From the NCBI GenBank assembly GCA_937892635.1, contig CALBKB010000068.1:1-29328 (forward strand): a DNA stretch of 29,328 nucleotides, given 5' to 3'. Shown here in pieces: positions 8,754 to 17,636 of this stretch (position 1 is its first letter; the number at the start of each line of letters is the position of its first letter). Source of the stretch: an uncultured Clostridia bacterium. GTDB taxonomy: Bacteria; Bacillota; Clostridia; Oscillospirales; UMGS1783. The notes beneath the pieces were generated by a model. The model was not told the origin of the DNA and ran no database searches. It was given only the letters and a program-made list of their open reading frames with translations. Position numbers and translations under genes: made by a program.

Positions 8754-10022
8754 TTATTTACCGCAAGCCTTGAGCAGCTTGGAGGTCAGGCCGTGCATGC
8801 CAAAACAGAAGGCATAGCGATCCATCGAATTTTTCAGCATATAATTAACATAGCCCTCGCCGTCAATACCAACGTTTCTCAGGTTGGTCAGCATCTTGTT
8901 GAGCTCTTCCTTAACAACAGGGATCTCATAGGTATAATGCCCGCAAATATCGGTGATCTGCGCTGTCAATGCCTCGTCAGCCAGCACCTGGTCAACGTCG
9001 GCCGTCGCCGTATCGCCCACCATCCACTTGCGCCAACGCTCACTCTTAACGGCAGCCGCCGACATCTCCTGCGCCAGCTTGGAACAAACGTCGGGAGCAA
9101 CCGTTCTCTTCTCGGTGGCCGCCAGCTCCAGATAGGCACGAGTCTCTACTACGCCGAATTCAGGCGCTACGTTCATGGCCGTAATACCAAGAACGGGATG
9201 CTCCAGCAAGATCTTGTCGCTGAGATAGTCGCCGTTATGCTCCTTCACGCCCACGCCGTGCTTGGCGGCATTGGCCGAAAGCAAAGCCGCATTTTCGCGG
9301 TTAAAGTTGCCGACGTTTTCGGTCAGACGGGTCAGCGTGCCGGTCTGTCCCACGACAAACTCGGGTGCCTTGATCCCCTTCTGCGCCAAACGCTCAACCA
9401 GCGTGTCAATAAAGCTGCTGAAGGCATCAACCGAAGTCAAACCGCCGTTGGTCTCCTCCGTGCCTGCCTCGTAACCGATCTGAGGCAGCCCCTTCTCCTT
9501 GCGATACGCTTCCAACTCGGCAATGATCTCTACCGTACGGGAAATAACCAATTCAAAAGGAACGGTGCCCATGGCAAACTCAGGATCCTTGGTCGGGTCG
9601 ATATGCAGCAGATCAAAGCCCGACTCCATGTCATGCTTGTAGGAACGAATGCAGCGAGCCATCGCCTCGTCCACCGGCAGTTTGGCCTTGCGCTCTTCAT
9701 CACGCTGCCAAGGTCCGCCGTGGTCACGGCACAGATAGCACAGACCGTCAAAGCCGATCTCCTCCTGCACCGCCTTAACGTCAGCCACAAAACGATCCTG
9801 GTCCCAGTCACGGACGTAGCCGTGGCCGAACTCATCCGAGTCCACCTGATTGCGGCTGGCAATGAGCATGATCGGAAAATCCTTCTCCTGCGCCAACTCC
9901 AGCACCGCCTTGATCAGCGGCTTAGACATAGGGCCAATGCCCAGCATGGTAAACTTTTCACCCTGCTCGCGCAAGGTATTGGCCGCAGCCATCATTTCGG
10001 TAACGGTAATCTTATTATTCAT
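8754..10022 (-). CDS. GatZ/KbaZ-family protein (putative tagatose-6-phosphate 4-epimerase)
   Basis: IASRNQVD, RDHGGPW, GFDLLHIDPT, YEAGTEE, KEHNGDY and NVAPEF motifs. Confidence 0.8.
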   Translation of the reverse strand: MNNKITVTEMMAAANTLREQGEKFTMLGIGPMSKPLIKAVLELAQEKDFPIMLIASRNQVDSDEFGHGYVRDWDQDRFVADVKAVQEEIGFDGLCYLCRDHGGPWQRDEERKAKLPVDEAMARCIRSYKHDMESGFDLLHIDPTKDPEFAMGTVPFELVISRTVEIIAELEAYRKEKGLPQIGYEAGTEETNGGLTSVDAFSSFIDTLVERLAQKGIKAPEFVVGQTGTLTRLTENVGNFNRENAALLSANAAKHGVGVKEHNGDYLSDKILLEHPVLGITAMNVAPEFGVVETRAYLELAATEKRTVAPDVCSKLAQEMSAAAVKSERWRKWMVGDTATADVDQVLADEALTAQITDICGHYTYEIPVVKEELNKMLTNLRNVGIDGEGYVNYMLKNSMDRYAFCFGMHGLTSKLLKACGK

Positions 10023-10033
10023 CTTTTTCTCCT

Positions 10034-11485
10034 TTAGTCAATAATTTGCAGATAATCTGCATAGGGTACTTTATCAATTGTGCGCAAGCCCGCCCAAGCG
10101 GCAAACTCCTTGACCTCGGCGGTGTAATCACCGATCACCAGCGGGAAGTGATGTTGGAATCCGTTCACCAGAATGGTGTTGAGCAGATCCTTGGCACCGA
10201 TCTTCTCTCCGTTAAGGGTCAGATTTCCGCACCAGCCGCGGCTGCCGTGGAAGGAGAACTTGTCGGCAAGCATGAACTCGCCGCCCATGTGGAAGATCTT
10301 ATCGCACTCGCCCGACAGTCGCATCACCGTGATGGGATTATCGTCAAATACCATGTCACGTGCTACGCCGCAACGAGCCGTCAAGCCCTTGCCCGGCTCA
10401 TGCGCCATACCGCTGTAATTGCAGCCAAGCTTATAGCCGTTTTTCTTGCAATAACGGGCCGCCGCAGGACCGCAATGCCACAACAGCACCGTCTCGTCCT
10501 TCTCATCAAAGGCCGACAGATCCATCAGCGTCGTTACGTCGCCACCGGCGATATATTTCAAAGCCAGCATGCTTACCGCACTCAATACGTCACCTTCACA
10601 GGCCATAACGGTGCCCTCGTCGTTTAGCTGACCAATGACCGAGCAAACCGAATATTGGAAATCATCCTGGAACTTGGGCCAGCAGGATACCGCCAGCGCA
10701 TCGTACTGATTCTCAGCAATAAAGGCCTGATAGGCTTTGTAAAAACGGGCACTGATCTCCAAGGTCTTCTTGGCGGCGGGATCGGCATAGCCGCAAGAGC
10801 AGGTCTCCATATTCTTCATGATCGGCTCGATCTCATCCATCGAATAGGAAAGCGCACGATCCTTCAACTCGGAATACTCATGCAGACGATTGAAATAGAT
10901 GCCTTCAAAACGACGGTTGAGATTGCGCTCATCGTCGTACAGATCGTTAAAGCCGGGGGCTACGCCACCCACCAAACCGATACGGGAACGCTTAAGGTTT
11001 TTCAGGGCGGTCAAGGCTCGCACGGTAATCTGTAAGCGACGGGTAAACTCGGCATCCTCGCCATACCCGTAAAACCATTTGACCTTGATCTTATAGTCGC
11101 GCAGATAGTGCGCCACTATGCCCATATGCATATTGATGCTGCACAACGAGTTAAAGGGAACGGCCCCCTCTACCGGCTCGCCTTCGGGAATGGCCCAGAA
11201 GCCAACGTTGGCGTTACGAATCTTAGCCAACACCGGCGCCAACTGTCCGGCCGAATAGGAGGTGTGCTGCACCAACAAAAAGTCGATCTTTTCGGCTTCC
11301 ATGGCCGCTACCGCGCGCACCGCATCCTCTCGCACGATCACCGTTTCGGGATACACAACCAGATCAAAGCCCATCGTCCGGGCATGCTTCTCCATCGCCG
11401 CCGCACAAGCCGCAAACGCCGAAGCCTTATCCCCAGGGAAACTTAACTGACTGGTTCCTACTAATCCGATCTTCAATTTTTCCAT
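10034..11485 (-). CDS. L-fucose/L-arabinose isomerase-family aldose isomerase
   Basis: AVSCWP, ACEGD, TLMD, LWHCG and GFQHH motifs; GGAG RBS. Confidence 0.8.
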   Translation of the reverse strand: MEKLKIGLVGTSQLSFPGDKASAFAACAAAMEKHARTMGFDLVVYPETVIVREDAVRAVAAMEAEKIDFLLVQHTSYSAGQLAPVLAKIRNANVGFWAIPEGEPVEGAVPFNSLCSINMHMGIVAHYLRDYKIKVKWFYGYGEDAEFTRRLQITVRALTALKNLKRSRIGLVGGVAPGFNDLYDDERNLNRRFEGIYFNRLHEYSELKDRALSYSMDEIEPIMKNMETCSCGYADPAAKKTLEISARFYKAYQAFIAENQYDALAVSCWPKFQDDFQYSVCSVIGQLNDEGTVMACEGDVLSAVSMLALKYIAGGDVTTLMDLSAFDEKDETVLLWHCGPAAARYCKKNGYKLGCNYSGMAHEPGKGLTARCGVARDMVFDDNPITVMRLSGECDKIFHMGGEFMLADKFSFHGSRGWCGNLTLNGEKIGAKDLLNTILVNGFQHHFPLVIGDYTAEVKEFAAWAGLRTIDKVPYADYLQIID

Positions 11486-11512
11486 ACCTGCATCTCCTTT
11501 TTGTAATGAAAG

Positions 11513-11543
11513 TTTATTTTTATCGACGGTCGATATAAATAAA
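11513..11543. promoter_or_regulatory. 31-bp near-perfect palindrome, candidate ROK-regulator operator
   Basis: TTTATTTT-TATCGAC-G-GTCGATA-TAAATAAA (one mismatch) between the regulator and the isomerase gene. Confidence 0.5.
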
Positions 11544-11577
11544 TAAAAAATTTAGGTGTGGGTGTTTTCTCTTTTTT

Positions 11578-12531
11578 TCAAACACCCTGCGGATAGCGCA
11601 TGGTAGCCAAACGAGCCGCTCCTAAGGCGGCATCGGTCACCGCTTCGGTACGCAAAGCAACGGGCGCGGTCGCCGTTGCCCGATAGCTGTTTTCCAAGCG
11701 GGCAAACATGGCCGCATCCTGGGCGATACGCTGACCGCACAGCACCACCTGATCCACGTCAATCAAATTACATAAAATACCCAACGCCTGCCCCAGATAA
11801 TCGCCGGCCTGCGGGGTACCCATCCATTCATGAAGCCGACGCCCATCCAGCGGCATCCGACCCACTTCCAGCGGATCGTCGCTGAACTGACCGTTACGGC
11901 AAAGGGATACACCGACCCCCTTATCCACACGCACTGTCATCATCCGCCCCTGGGGACGGTCAACAAAACCAAGTAAAATACAGTTCGGGTCGTGTTCGAT
12001 CCAAACGGGAAGCCCACTTTGTTCTCTCACAGCCGTCGCCACGTCCACACGCAATTCCCCGCAAGGACCGGGGAATGCCCATAGCCCATTGGCCAAGCGC
12101 GGCCCCTGCATGGCAAGACCGATGCCCAACACCTCCGGCGTCAACATCTCCCGCACATGGGAACAGACACAATGAAGCAACTGCTCTTGGGTGTCGCATT
12201 CGAGCACAAAGGCCGACTGCACCACCTTTTCCCCATAGAGATCGCACAGGCACAGATGCAAGCCCATGCGGTTAATATCCACCCCCAAAAACCGTTTGTC
12301 GCGGCTCAGGGACAGTTTGACCGGTTTGCGCCCCTTAACGGTCGACGCCTCGATCTTCTCTTCGGTAAGGATCTTCTGCCCGACCAGTTCATTCACTAAG
12401 TCCGACACGCAGGCCCAGCTCAATCCCAGTTTCTCACACACCTCACGGCGTGTCAGGTCCTGAGCGCGCAAAACGCCGAGAATGGAAGATATATTCTCCT
12501 GCTTCTGACGATATTGCTCTTGGCTTGCCAT
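11578..12531 (-). CDS. ROK-family transcriptional regulator (N-terminal wHTH)
   Basis: LTRREVCEKLGLSWACVSDLVNEL HTH, GRKP wing, FLGVDI, GIGLAMQG and IEHDPNC. Short; lacks the Zn motif. Confidence 0.85.
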   Translation of the reverse strand: MASQEQYRQKQENISSILGVLRAQDLTRREVCEKLGLSWACVSDLVNELVGQKILTEEKIEASTVKGRKPVKLSLSRDKRFLGVDINRMGLHLCLCDLYGEKVVQSAFVLECDTQEQLLHCVCSHVREMLTPEVLGIGLAMQGPRLANGLWAFPGPCGELRVDVATAVREQSGLPVWIEHDPNCILLGFVDRPQGRMMTVRVDKGVGVSLCRNGQFSDDPLEVGRMPLDGRRLHEWMGTPQAGDYLGQALGILCNLIDVDQVVLCGQRIAQDAAMFARLENSYRATATAPVALRTEAVTDAALGAARLATMRYPQGV

Positions 12532-12561
12532 ATCCTTTTCTCCTCTATGTAATACACTTGC

Positions 12562-12590
12562 ATTATATCCGCATTTTTTTCGTTTGTCAA
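12562..12590 (-). promoter_or_regulatory. Consensus sigma-A promoter of the sugar operon
   Basis: TTGACA-17 bp-TATAAT upstream of the ROK regulator. Confidence 0.85.
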
Positions 12591-12593
12591 GTT

Positions 12594-12624
12594 AAAAGGA
12601 GAAGCCAATCAGGGCTTCTCCTTT
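12594..12624 (-). terminator. Terminator overlapping the pncB stop codon
   Basis: AAAGGAGAAGCC-AATCAG-GGCTTCTCCTTT. Confidence 0.65.
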
Positions 12625-14024
12625 AATAGATCGTGTTTGAGATCCCATAGCTTTTGGGATAGATCAACGTAATAGTTGTGCGGGTTATCAAACCGCTTGA
12701 CCTCATCCCATTGAAGAGCCACTTGCTCGTCGCAGTAAGCGGCAATTTCAGGCAAAGAGGGCAACCGGTAAACCAACTGCCCCTTTTGGAAGATGGGCAC
12801 CAACAACTCCTGCGCCTCAAAATCGGTCAACGTGCGACGTTTCCAGGTGTGTTCGGGATCAAAAATTTCCAAAGGACGATCGGTGCACATCGGCTCGTCA
12901 TACAGCGTCAGCAGATCGGCCACCGCCTTGCCTTGCTCGTACAACCGCCACACCCGCTTAACGTGCGGATTGGTTACCTTTTCGGGGTTATCGGAAATTT
13001 TGATTTTAGGAACGATGGCGCCGTCGGCTTGCTCCACCGCCACCAGTTTATAGACGCCGCCGAAGACAGGGTCGCTCTTGGCGGTAATCAGCCGCTCGCC
13101 CACGCCGAAGGCGTCGATGCACGCCCCCTGCTCGATGAGTTTGCCGATCAGATATTCGTCCAGCGAGTTGGAAACAACGATGCGGCAACCCGTCAAGCCG
13201 GCGTCATCCAGCATCTTTCTTGCCCTGCGCGAAAGATAGGCCAGGTCGCCCGAGTCGATGCGAATGGCGCAGTCGGTAAGCCCCGTTTCGCGAAAGGCGC
13301 GAATGGCGTTGGGCACACCCGACTCCAAGGTGTTATAGGTGTCCACCAACAGCGTGGCGTTGTTGGGGTAGATCTTGCAATAGGTCAAAAAAGCCTCGTA
13401 TTCGCTTTCAAACATCTGGATCCAGGAATGGGCCATGGTGCCCACGGCAGGCACACCAAAGCGTTCATCGGCCAAGGTGCAGGCCGTTTTGCGCACCCCT
13501 CCGATATAGGCCGCCCGCGCCCCCATCACCGCCGCCGAAGCACCCTGCGCGCGGCGGGTGCCAAACTCCATCACCGCCCGCCCTTTGGCGGCGCGTGCAA
13601 TGCGGTTGGCCTTGGTCGCGATAAGCGTTTGATGATTCACGGCCAACAGCAGATAGGTTTCGATAAACTGCGCCTCAATGGCCGGGGCGCGCACCGTCAA
13701 CAAGGGCTCGTTGGGAAAGACGGGCGTGCCTTCGGGCACCGCCCAAATGTCGCCCGTGAAGCGAAAATCGGCCAAATACTGCAAAAAATCCTCCGAAAAC
13801 TGACCCTTTTTGCGCAAAAAATCGATATTTTCGGGGGTAAAATGCAGGTTTTTGATATATTCTATAACCTGTTCCAGCCCCGCCGCGATGGCGAAACCGC
13901 CCTTGTCGGGATTGCGCCGATAAAAAAGATCGAAGTAAGCGACCTCATCCTTCTTGCCGCAGACAAAGTAGCCATTAGCCATCGTCAGTTCGTAAAAATC
14001 ACACAGCAGCGTATTGTTTTCCAT
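12609..14024 (-). CDS. pncB: Nicotinate phosphoribosyltransferase
   Basis: LLCDFYELTM, EFGTRRAQ, GTMAHSW, LVDTYNTL, IRIDSGDL, DAFGVG and GGVYKLV. Confidence 0.95.
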   Translation of the reverse strand: MENNTLLCDFYELTMANGYFVCGKKDEVAYFDLFYRRNPDKGGFAIAAGLEQVIEYIKNLHFTPENIDFLRKKGQFSEDFLQYLADFRFTGDIWAVPEGTPVFPNEPLLTVRAPAIEAQFIETYLLLAVNHQTLIATKANRIARAAKGRAVMEFGTRRAQGASAAVMGARAAYIGGVRKTACTLADERFGVPAVGTMAHSWIQMFESEYEAFLTYCKIYPNNATLLVDTYNTLESGVPNAIRAFRETGLTDCAIRIDSGDLAYLSRRARKMLDDAGLTGCRIVVSNSLDEYLIGKLIEQGACIDAFGVGERLITAKSDPVFGGVYKLVAVEQADGAIVPKIKISDNPEKVTNPHVKRVWRLYEQGKAVADLLTLYDEPMCTDRPLEIFDPEHTWKRRTLTDFEAQELLVPIFQKGQLVYRLPSLPEIAAYCDEQVALQWDEVKRFDNPHNYYVDLSQKLWDLKHDLLKEKP

Positions 14025-14025
14025 G

Positions 14026-14544
14026 TTATTTCACCGTAATATGCAATCCACGCAGAATGTCCAGCGCCTTTTCGGTCATGGCCGTATCGGCCGCGCCCGT
14101 CAGCGCCGAATCGACCACGATCTCGGCCTCGGGCAGAGCCGCCTTGGCCAGCACGGCGTTGGAAAGCACGCAAATATAGCTGACCAGACCGCACAGTTCC
14201 ACCTGCTCAAAGCCCTGCTGTTGCAGATAATTGGCCAATTCCAGCGAACCGAAGGTGGGCTTATGAAAAACAATATCCTGTGCCTGCTTGCTTTGCGCCA
14301 CCTGTCCGTAGAGCTCCCAACCATCGCTGTTGACCAAGCAATGGGGGATGGGAAGATTGGCTCCCTCTTTGGTTTGCCTATAATTTTCGGTATGGGTATC
14401 ATACGTAAAGATAACCGTTTCTCCCGCCTCCCGCGCCTGCCGGATACGGGCGGCAATACGAGCATCATACGCTTGGGCTCCCTCAAACCCCAGAGCGCCC
14501 GAAACGAAATCCTTTTGATAATCAATCACGATTAGTGCACGCAT
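14026..14544 (-). CDS. pncA: Nicotinamidase/isochorismatase-family cysteine hydrolase
   Basis: VIDYQKDF, DTH, HC, K and GLVSYICV catalytic motifs; adjacent to pncB. Confidence 0.82.
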   Translation of the reverse strand: MRALIVIDYQKDFVSGALGFEGAQAYDARIAARIRQAREAGETVIFTYDTHTENYRQTKEGANLPIPHCLVNSDGWELYGQVAQSKQAQDIVFHKPTFGSLELANYLQQQGFEQVELCGLVSYICVLSNAVLAKAALPEAEIVVDSALTGAADTAMTEKALDILRGLHITVK

Positions 14545-14564
14545 GGTAATCCCTCCTTTTCTTT

Positions 14565-14593
14565 AGCATAACATGCGCACCGCGCATTTGCAA
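14565..14593 (-). promoter_or_regulatory. Sigma-A promoter for pncAB
   Basis: TTGCAA-17 bp-TATGCT with an extended TG. Confidence 0.55.
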
Positions 14594-14601
14594 GAAAATC
14601 A

Positions 14602-14630
14602 TGGACAGACCCGTCAATTCGTGGTATACT
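14602..14630 (+). promoter_or_regulatory. Sigma-A promoter for the PrsA-like gene
   Basis: TGGACA-17 bp-TATACT with an extended TG. Confidence 0.65.
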
Positions 14631-14653
14631 GTGGGCAAAGTGAGGTATCAACT

Positions 14654-15688
14654 ATGAAAGCAAGAATGTGTGCCAGTTTGCTTGCCGTATGCCTGTTATT
14701 GGGTACATTGGCGGGCTGCGGTCATAAAGAATCGGTCATCGCCACCCAAGGCGGCGTTGAGATCCCCATTGGTTATTATACCATTCAGCAAATGCTTATG
14801 CGCGTGCGACTGGAAAACTATCATGGTGACGGCTATGAAGACTATATGGCCGCCCCCAACGAGTCCGATCCGACCAAGTCCAACGCGCAAGTGCTCAATG
14901 AGGAGTACCGCAACGCCTTTGAACTGTTATGGCTGTTTAAACTGAAGGTGGAAGAGCTGGGCTTGGAGATGGATGAGATCCGTCAATCCTATTTTGAGCA
15001 GGAATATGAGTATTTCAAAGGGATTTTTAACAGCACGGCCGACTATCGTCTTTTCCTCAAAGAAGCCAACCTCACCGAAGAGGAGCATAAAGAGATTTAT
15101 AAAATCAACACCTTCTATCCCGATCTGCTCTATGCCCATTTCTACGATCCCGAAGTAGGTGTTGAGCGCATCGACGAGGCGGCGCTGCGCGATTATTTTG
15201 ATTCGCTGGTCGATTACTCGATCCAGCATATCTTGTTTGCTTACGGCGACGACAAGGCGGCCGCCAAACAGGAAGCCGAGCAGGTGCTCAGCGACATTCA
15301 AAGCGGTACGATCAAATTTGACAAGGCCATGGCCGAACACTCGGATGACAGCGGGCTGGCCACCTATCCCCATGGGTACGGCTTTGTGGAAAACGAAGAA
15401 GGGTTCCCGGCCGTTTTCACTACCGCCGCCAAGGAATTGGCCGTCAATGACTATGCCATATACCAAAGCGACGTAGGCTACCACATCATCAAGCGCATTA
15501 GCAACGACAAGTATTTCGAGGATATGTTGCCCATTTATCGGCAAGCCTACGGCAGTGAGCAAATGCAGGAGAAATACCAGCAGTGGCTCAGCCAGCTCGA
15601 CTTTGACTACAATGAAGCGGCACTGGAGGCCTATGATTTCACGGCGTCGGGTCGCACCAACGTAAATTTGCGCAAACAGAGAGGATAA
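14654..15688 (+). CDS. PrsA-like parvulin peptidyl-prolyl isomerase lipoprotein
   Basis: Signal peptide with LAGC lipobox. Parvulin motifs QHIL, FDKAMAEHSDD, FTTAAKEL and SDVGYHIIK. GAGG RBS before ATG 14654. Confidence 0.85.
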   Translation: MKARMCASLLAVCLLLGTLAGCGHKESVIATQGGVEIPIGYYTIQQMLMRVRLENYHGDGYEDYMAAPNESDPTKSNAQVLNEEYRNAFELLWLFKLKVEELGLEMDEIRQSYFEQEYEYFKGIFNSTADYRLFLKEANLTEEEHKEIYKINTFYPDLLYAHFYDPEVGVERIDEAALRDYFDSLVDYSIQHILFAYGDDKAAAKQEAEQVLSDIQSGTIKFDKAMAEHSDDSGLATYPHGYGFVENEEGFPAVFTTAAKELAVNDYAIYQSDVGYHIIKRISNDKYFEDMLPIYRQAYGSEQMQEKYQQWLSQLDFDYNEAALEAYDFTASGRTNVNLRKQRG

Positions 15689-15713
15689 ATATTAAATTTC
15701 CTTCTCTTTCCTC

Positions 15714-15741
15714 TTGACAATTCCGGTTTTTGCGTTATAAT
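15714..15741 (+). promoter_or_regulatory. Sigma-A promoter for tRNA-Gln
   Basis: TTGACA-16 bp-TATAAT. Confidence 0.8.
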
Positions 15742-15752
15742 AAGTAATGCAC

Positions 15753-15826
15753 TGCCGAATTGTGTAAAGGTAGCACGACAGACTCTGACTCTGTTTGTCT
15801 GGGTTCGAATCCTAGTTCGGCAACCA
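15753..15826 (+). tRNA. tRNA-Gln (anticodon CTG)
   Basis: Acceptor TGCCGAA/TTCGGCA, anticodon arm ACAGA-CT-CTG-AC-TCTGT, T-loop GTTCGAATC and encoded CCA. Confidence 0.96.
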
Positions 15827-15856
15827 AAAAGCGACTTGCATCAGCAAGTCGCTTTT
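15827..15856 (+). terminator. Terminator after tRNA-Gln
   Basis: AAAAGCGACTTGC-ATCA-GCAAGTCGCTTTT. Confidence 0.85.
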
Positions 15857-15895
15857 ATCTTCTACGCATCCTAAAACCGAAAGGGGGACTGACCT

Positions 15896-16876
15896 ATGCA
15901 ACCTTGGATCGAGCCGCTGATCCGCTGGCACCGCGCCCACCGCATTGCCCTGCCCTGGCGGGAAAACACCGACGCCTATCGGGTGTGGATCTCCGAGATT
16001 ATGCTGCAGCAAACGCGCATCGAAGCGGTCATCCCCTATTATCACCGTTTTTTAAGCCAACTGCCTGATGTGGCCGCCTTGGCGGCGGTTGAAGAGGACC
16101 GCCTGCTCAAACTCTGGGAGGGACTGGGCTATTACAGTCGGGCTCGCAACCTCAAAAAAGCGGCCATGCTGATTATGCAACAGCATGGCGGATGCCTGCC
16201 GGCTTCGGCTGAGCAATTACGAAAATTGCCCGGCATCGGTGACTATACCGCCGGCGCTATTGCCTCCATTGCCTACGGACTGCCTGAACCGGCGGTTGAC
16301 GGAAACGTATTGCGGGTATTGTCCCGCCTATATGCTGATTCCGCCGACGTGCTGTCTCCCAAAACCAAAAAGAGGGTAACCGAACAGTTGCGGCAGGTCT
16401 TCCCGTCGGGCGAAGAGGCACGGTTGCTGACCGAAGGACTGATGGAGCTGGGGGAAACGGTTTGCATTCCCAACGGCAAGCCGCGTTGTCATGACTGTCC
16501 CCTGCAAGAGCACTGTACCGCCCACGCCAAAGGAGAGGAAGAACTCTATCCCGTTCGCCAACCAAAAAAGGAGCGACGCATTGAGGAGCGCACCGTCTAT
16601 CTGCTTCACAACAAGGGGCGCTACGCCATTGAAAAACGCCAAGTAGGCTTATTGGCGGGGATGTGGCAATTTCCCAACGAGCTGGGGCATAAAGCGGTTG
16701 AGGGGCAATATTTGGGCAAAGCCAAGCATGTTTTTAGCCATGTTGAGTGGCATATGGTCGGATATTGGGTTGAAAGCGACGGTGACGACCGCTACGTCTG
16801 GGCCGACGCACAAACCATTCGCGAGCATTACGCCATGCCGAAAGCCTTCCGTGCCTATCTGCGACACCTTAAATAA
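15896..16876 (+). CDS. mutY: A/G-specific adenine DNA glycosylase
   Basis: LPWR, WISEIMLQQT, WEGLGYYSRARN, HhH LPGIGDYTA, VDGNV, the 4Fe-4S Cys cluster and a C-terminal NUDIX-like HVFSH. Confidence 0.96.
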   Translation: MQPWIEPLIRWHRAHRIALPWRENTDAYRVWISEIMLQQTRIEAVIPYYHRFLSQLPDVAALAAVEEDRLLKLWEGLGYYSRARNLKKAAMLIMQQHGGCLPASAEQLRKLPGIGDYTAGAIASIAYGLPEPAVDGNVLRVLSRLYADSADVLSPKTKKRVTEQLRQVFPSGEEARLLTEGLMELGETVCIPNGKPRCHDCPLQEHCTAHAKGEEELYPVRQPKKERRIEERTVYLLHNKGRYAIEKRQVGLLAGMWQFPNELGHKAVEGQYLGKAKHVFSHVEWHMVGYWVESDGDDRYVWADAQTIREHYAMPKAFRAYLRHLK

Positions 16877-16908
16877 TGGGTATTTTTTGTCTTTTTTCAA
16901 AAAAAGGC

Positions 16909-16937
16909 TTGCATATTGCGAAATTCTATGGTATACT
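16909..16937 (+). promoter_or_regulatory. Sigma-A promoter for tRNA-Ala
   Basis: TTGCAT-17 bp-TATACT with an extended TG. Confidence 0.7.
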
Positions 16938-16949
16938 AACCGAGCGTTT

Positions 16950-17025
16950 GGGGCATTAGCTCAGTTGGTAGAGTGCCACACTGGCAGTGTGGATGTCAGC
17001 GGTTCGAGTCCGCTATGCTCCACCA
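16950..17025 (+). tRNA. tRNA-Ala (anticodon GGC)
   Basis: Acceptor GGGGCAT/ATGCTCC with G3:U70, anticodon arm CCACA-CT-GGC-AG-TGTGG, GGTTCGAGTCC and CCA. Confidence 0.96.
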
Positions 17026-17029
17026 AACG

Positions 17030-17063
17030 AATAAAGACACCCGTTTGGGTGTCTTTATTTTTT
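17030..17063 (+). terminator. Terminator after tRNA-Ala (member of a repeated hairpin family)
   Basis: AATAAAGACACCC-GTTT-GGGTGTCTTTATT followed by a T-tract. Confidence 0.85.
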
Positions 17064-17079
17064 GCTTGGTGTAAGATAC

Positions 17080-17108
17080 TTGATATTGTGAGGAAAATAT
17101 TGTAGAAT
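17080..17108 (+). promoter_or_regulatory. Sigma-A promoter for the GtrA gene
   Basis: TTGATA-17 bp-TAGAAT. Confidence 0.6.
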
Positions 17109-17143
17109 GATGTCAGTATGATAGATGAGAGAGGCGGACTGCT

Positions 17144-17551
17144 ATGAAAGAATTCTGGCGCGTTATTAAGTTTGTTTTGTTTTCGCTGAGTGCCGGCATC
17201 ATTCAGATCGGCTCCTTTACCCTGCTCAATGAGTTGGCGGGGCTGGATTACTGGGTGAGCTATTTGGTGGCTTTGGTGCTTTCGGTGATTTGGAATTTCA
17301 CCTTTAACCGAAAATTCACCTTCCATTCGGCAGCCAACGTCCCCATTGCCATGCTCAAGGTGGCCGCCTTCTATCTTGTTTTTACACCGCTTTCGACTTG
17401 GCTGGAAGCCTATTTAACGGGGCTGGGCTGGAACGAATACTTGGTGACTGTTTTGAATATGCTCCTCAATTTTGTGTTGGAATTTTTCTATCAACGCTTC
17501 GTTGTTTTCGGAAAATCGTTGGATACCGATCAAAAAGACTCTGTCGATTGA
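17144..17551 (+). CDS. GtrA-family membrane protein
   Basis: Four TM helices; IKFVLFS, WNFTFNRKFTF and FFYQRFVVF signatures. Confidence 0.88.
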   Translation: MKEFWRVIKFVLFSLSAGIIQIGSFTLLNELAGLDYWVSYLVALVLSVIWNFTFNRKFTFHSAANVPIAMLKVAAFYLVFTPLSTWLEAYLTGLGWNEYLVTVLNMLLNFVLEFFYQRFVVFGKSLDTDQKDSVD

Positions 17552-17563
17552 CAGAGTCTTTTT
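17532..17563 (+). terminator. Terminator overlapping the GtrA stop codon
   Basis: AAAAAGACTCTGTC-GATT-GACAGAGTCTTTTT. Confidence 0.8.
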
Positions 17564-17586
17564 CGTCTCTTTTTTTGCCCGTAGCA

Positions 17587-17615
17587 TAGACAAGCGGGGC
17601 GAGAGAAGGTATAAT
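17587..17615 (+). promoter_or_regulatory. Sigma-A promoter for the lipoprotein gene
   Basis: TAGACA-17 bp-TATAAT, then an AAGGAGGT RBS. Confidence 0.75.
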
Positions 17616-17636
17616 GGAGAAAAAGGAGGTGGGAAC

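Noticed and set aside
8511..10037. 508-aa plus-strand ORF
   Set aside because: It is the antisense shadow of the GatZ-family and ROK genes, with no RBS or recognisable motifs.
12678..14039. 453-aa plus-strand ORF
   Set aside because: It is the antisense shadow of pncB, explained by codon bias.
15760..16068. ORFs overlapping tRNA-Gln (likewise 16698..17105 and 16961..17326 over tRNA-Ala)
   Set aside because: They are spurious translations of tRNA genes and terminators.
15753..17025. mutY flanked by two tRNAs as a possible integrated element
   Set aside because: The tRNAs are different and complete, there is no duplicated 3' end or integrase, and base composition is normal.
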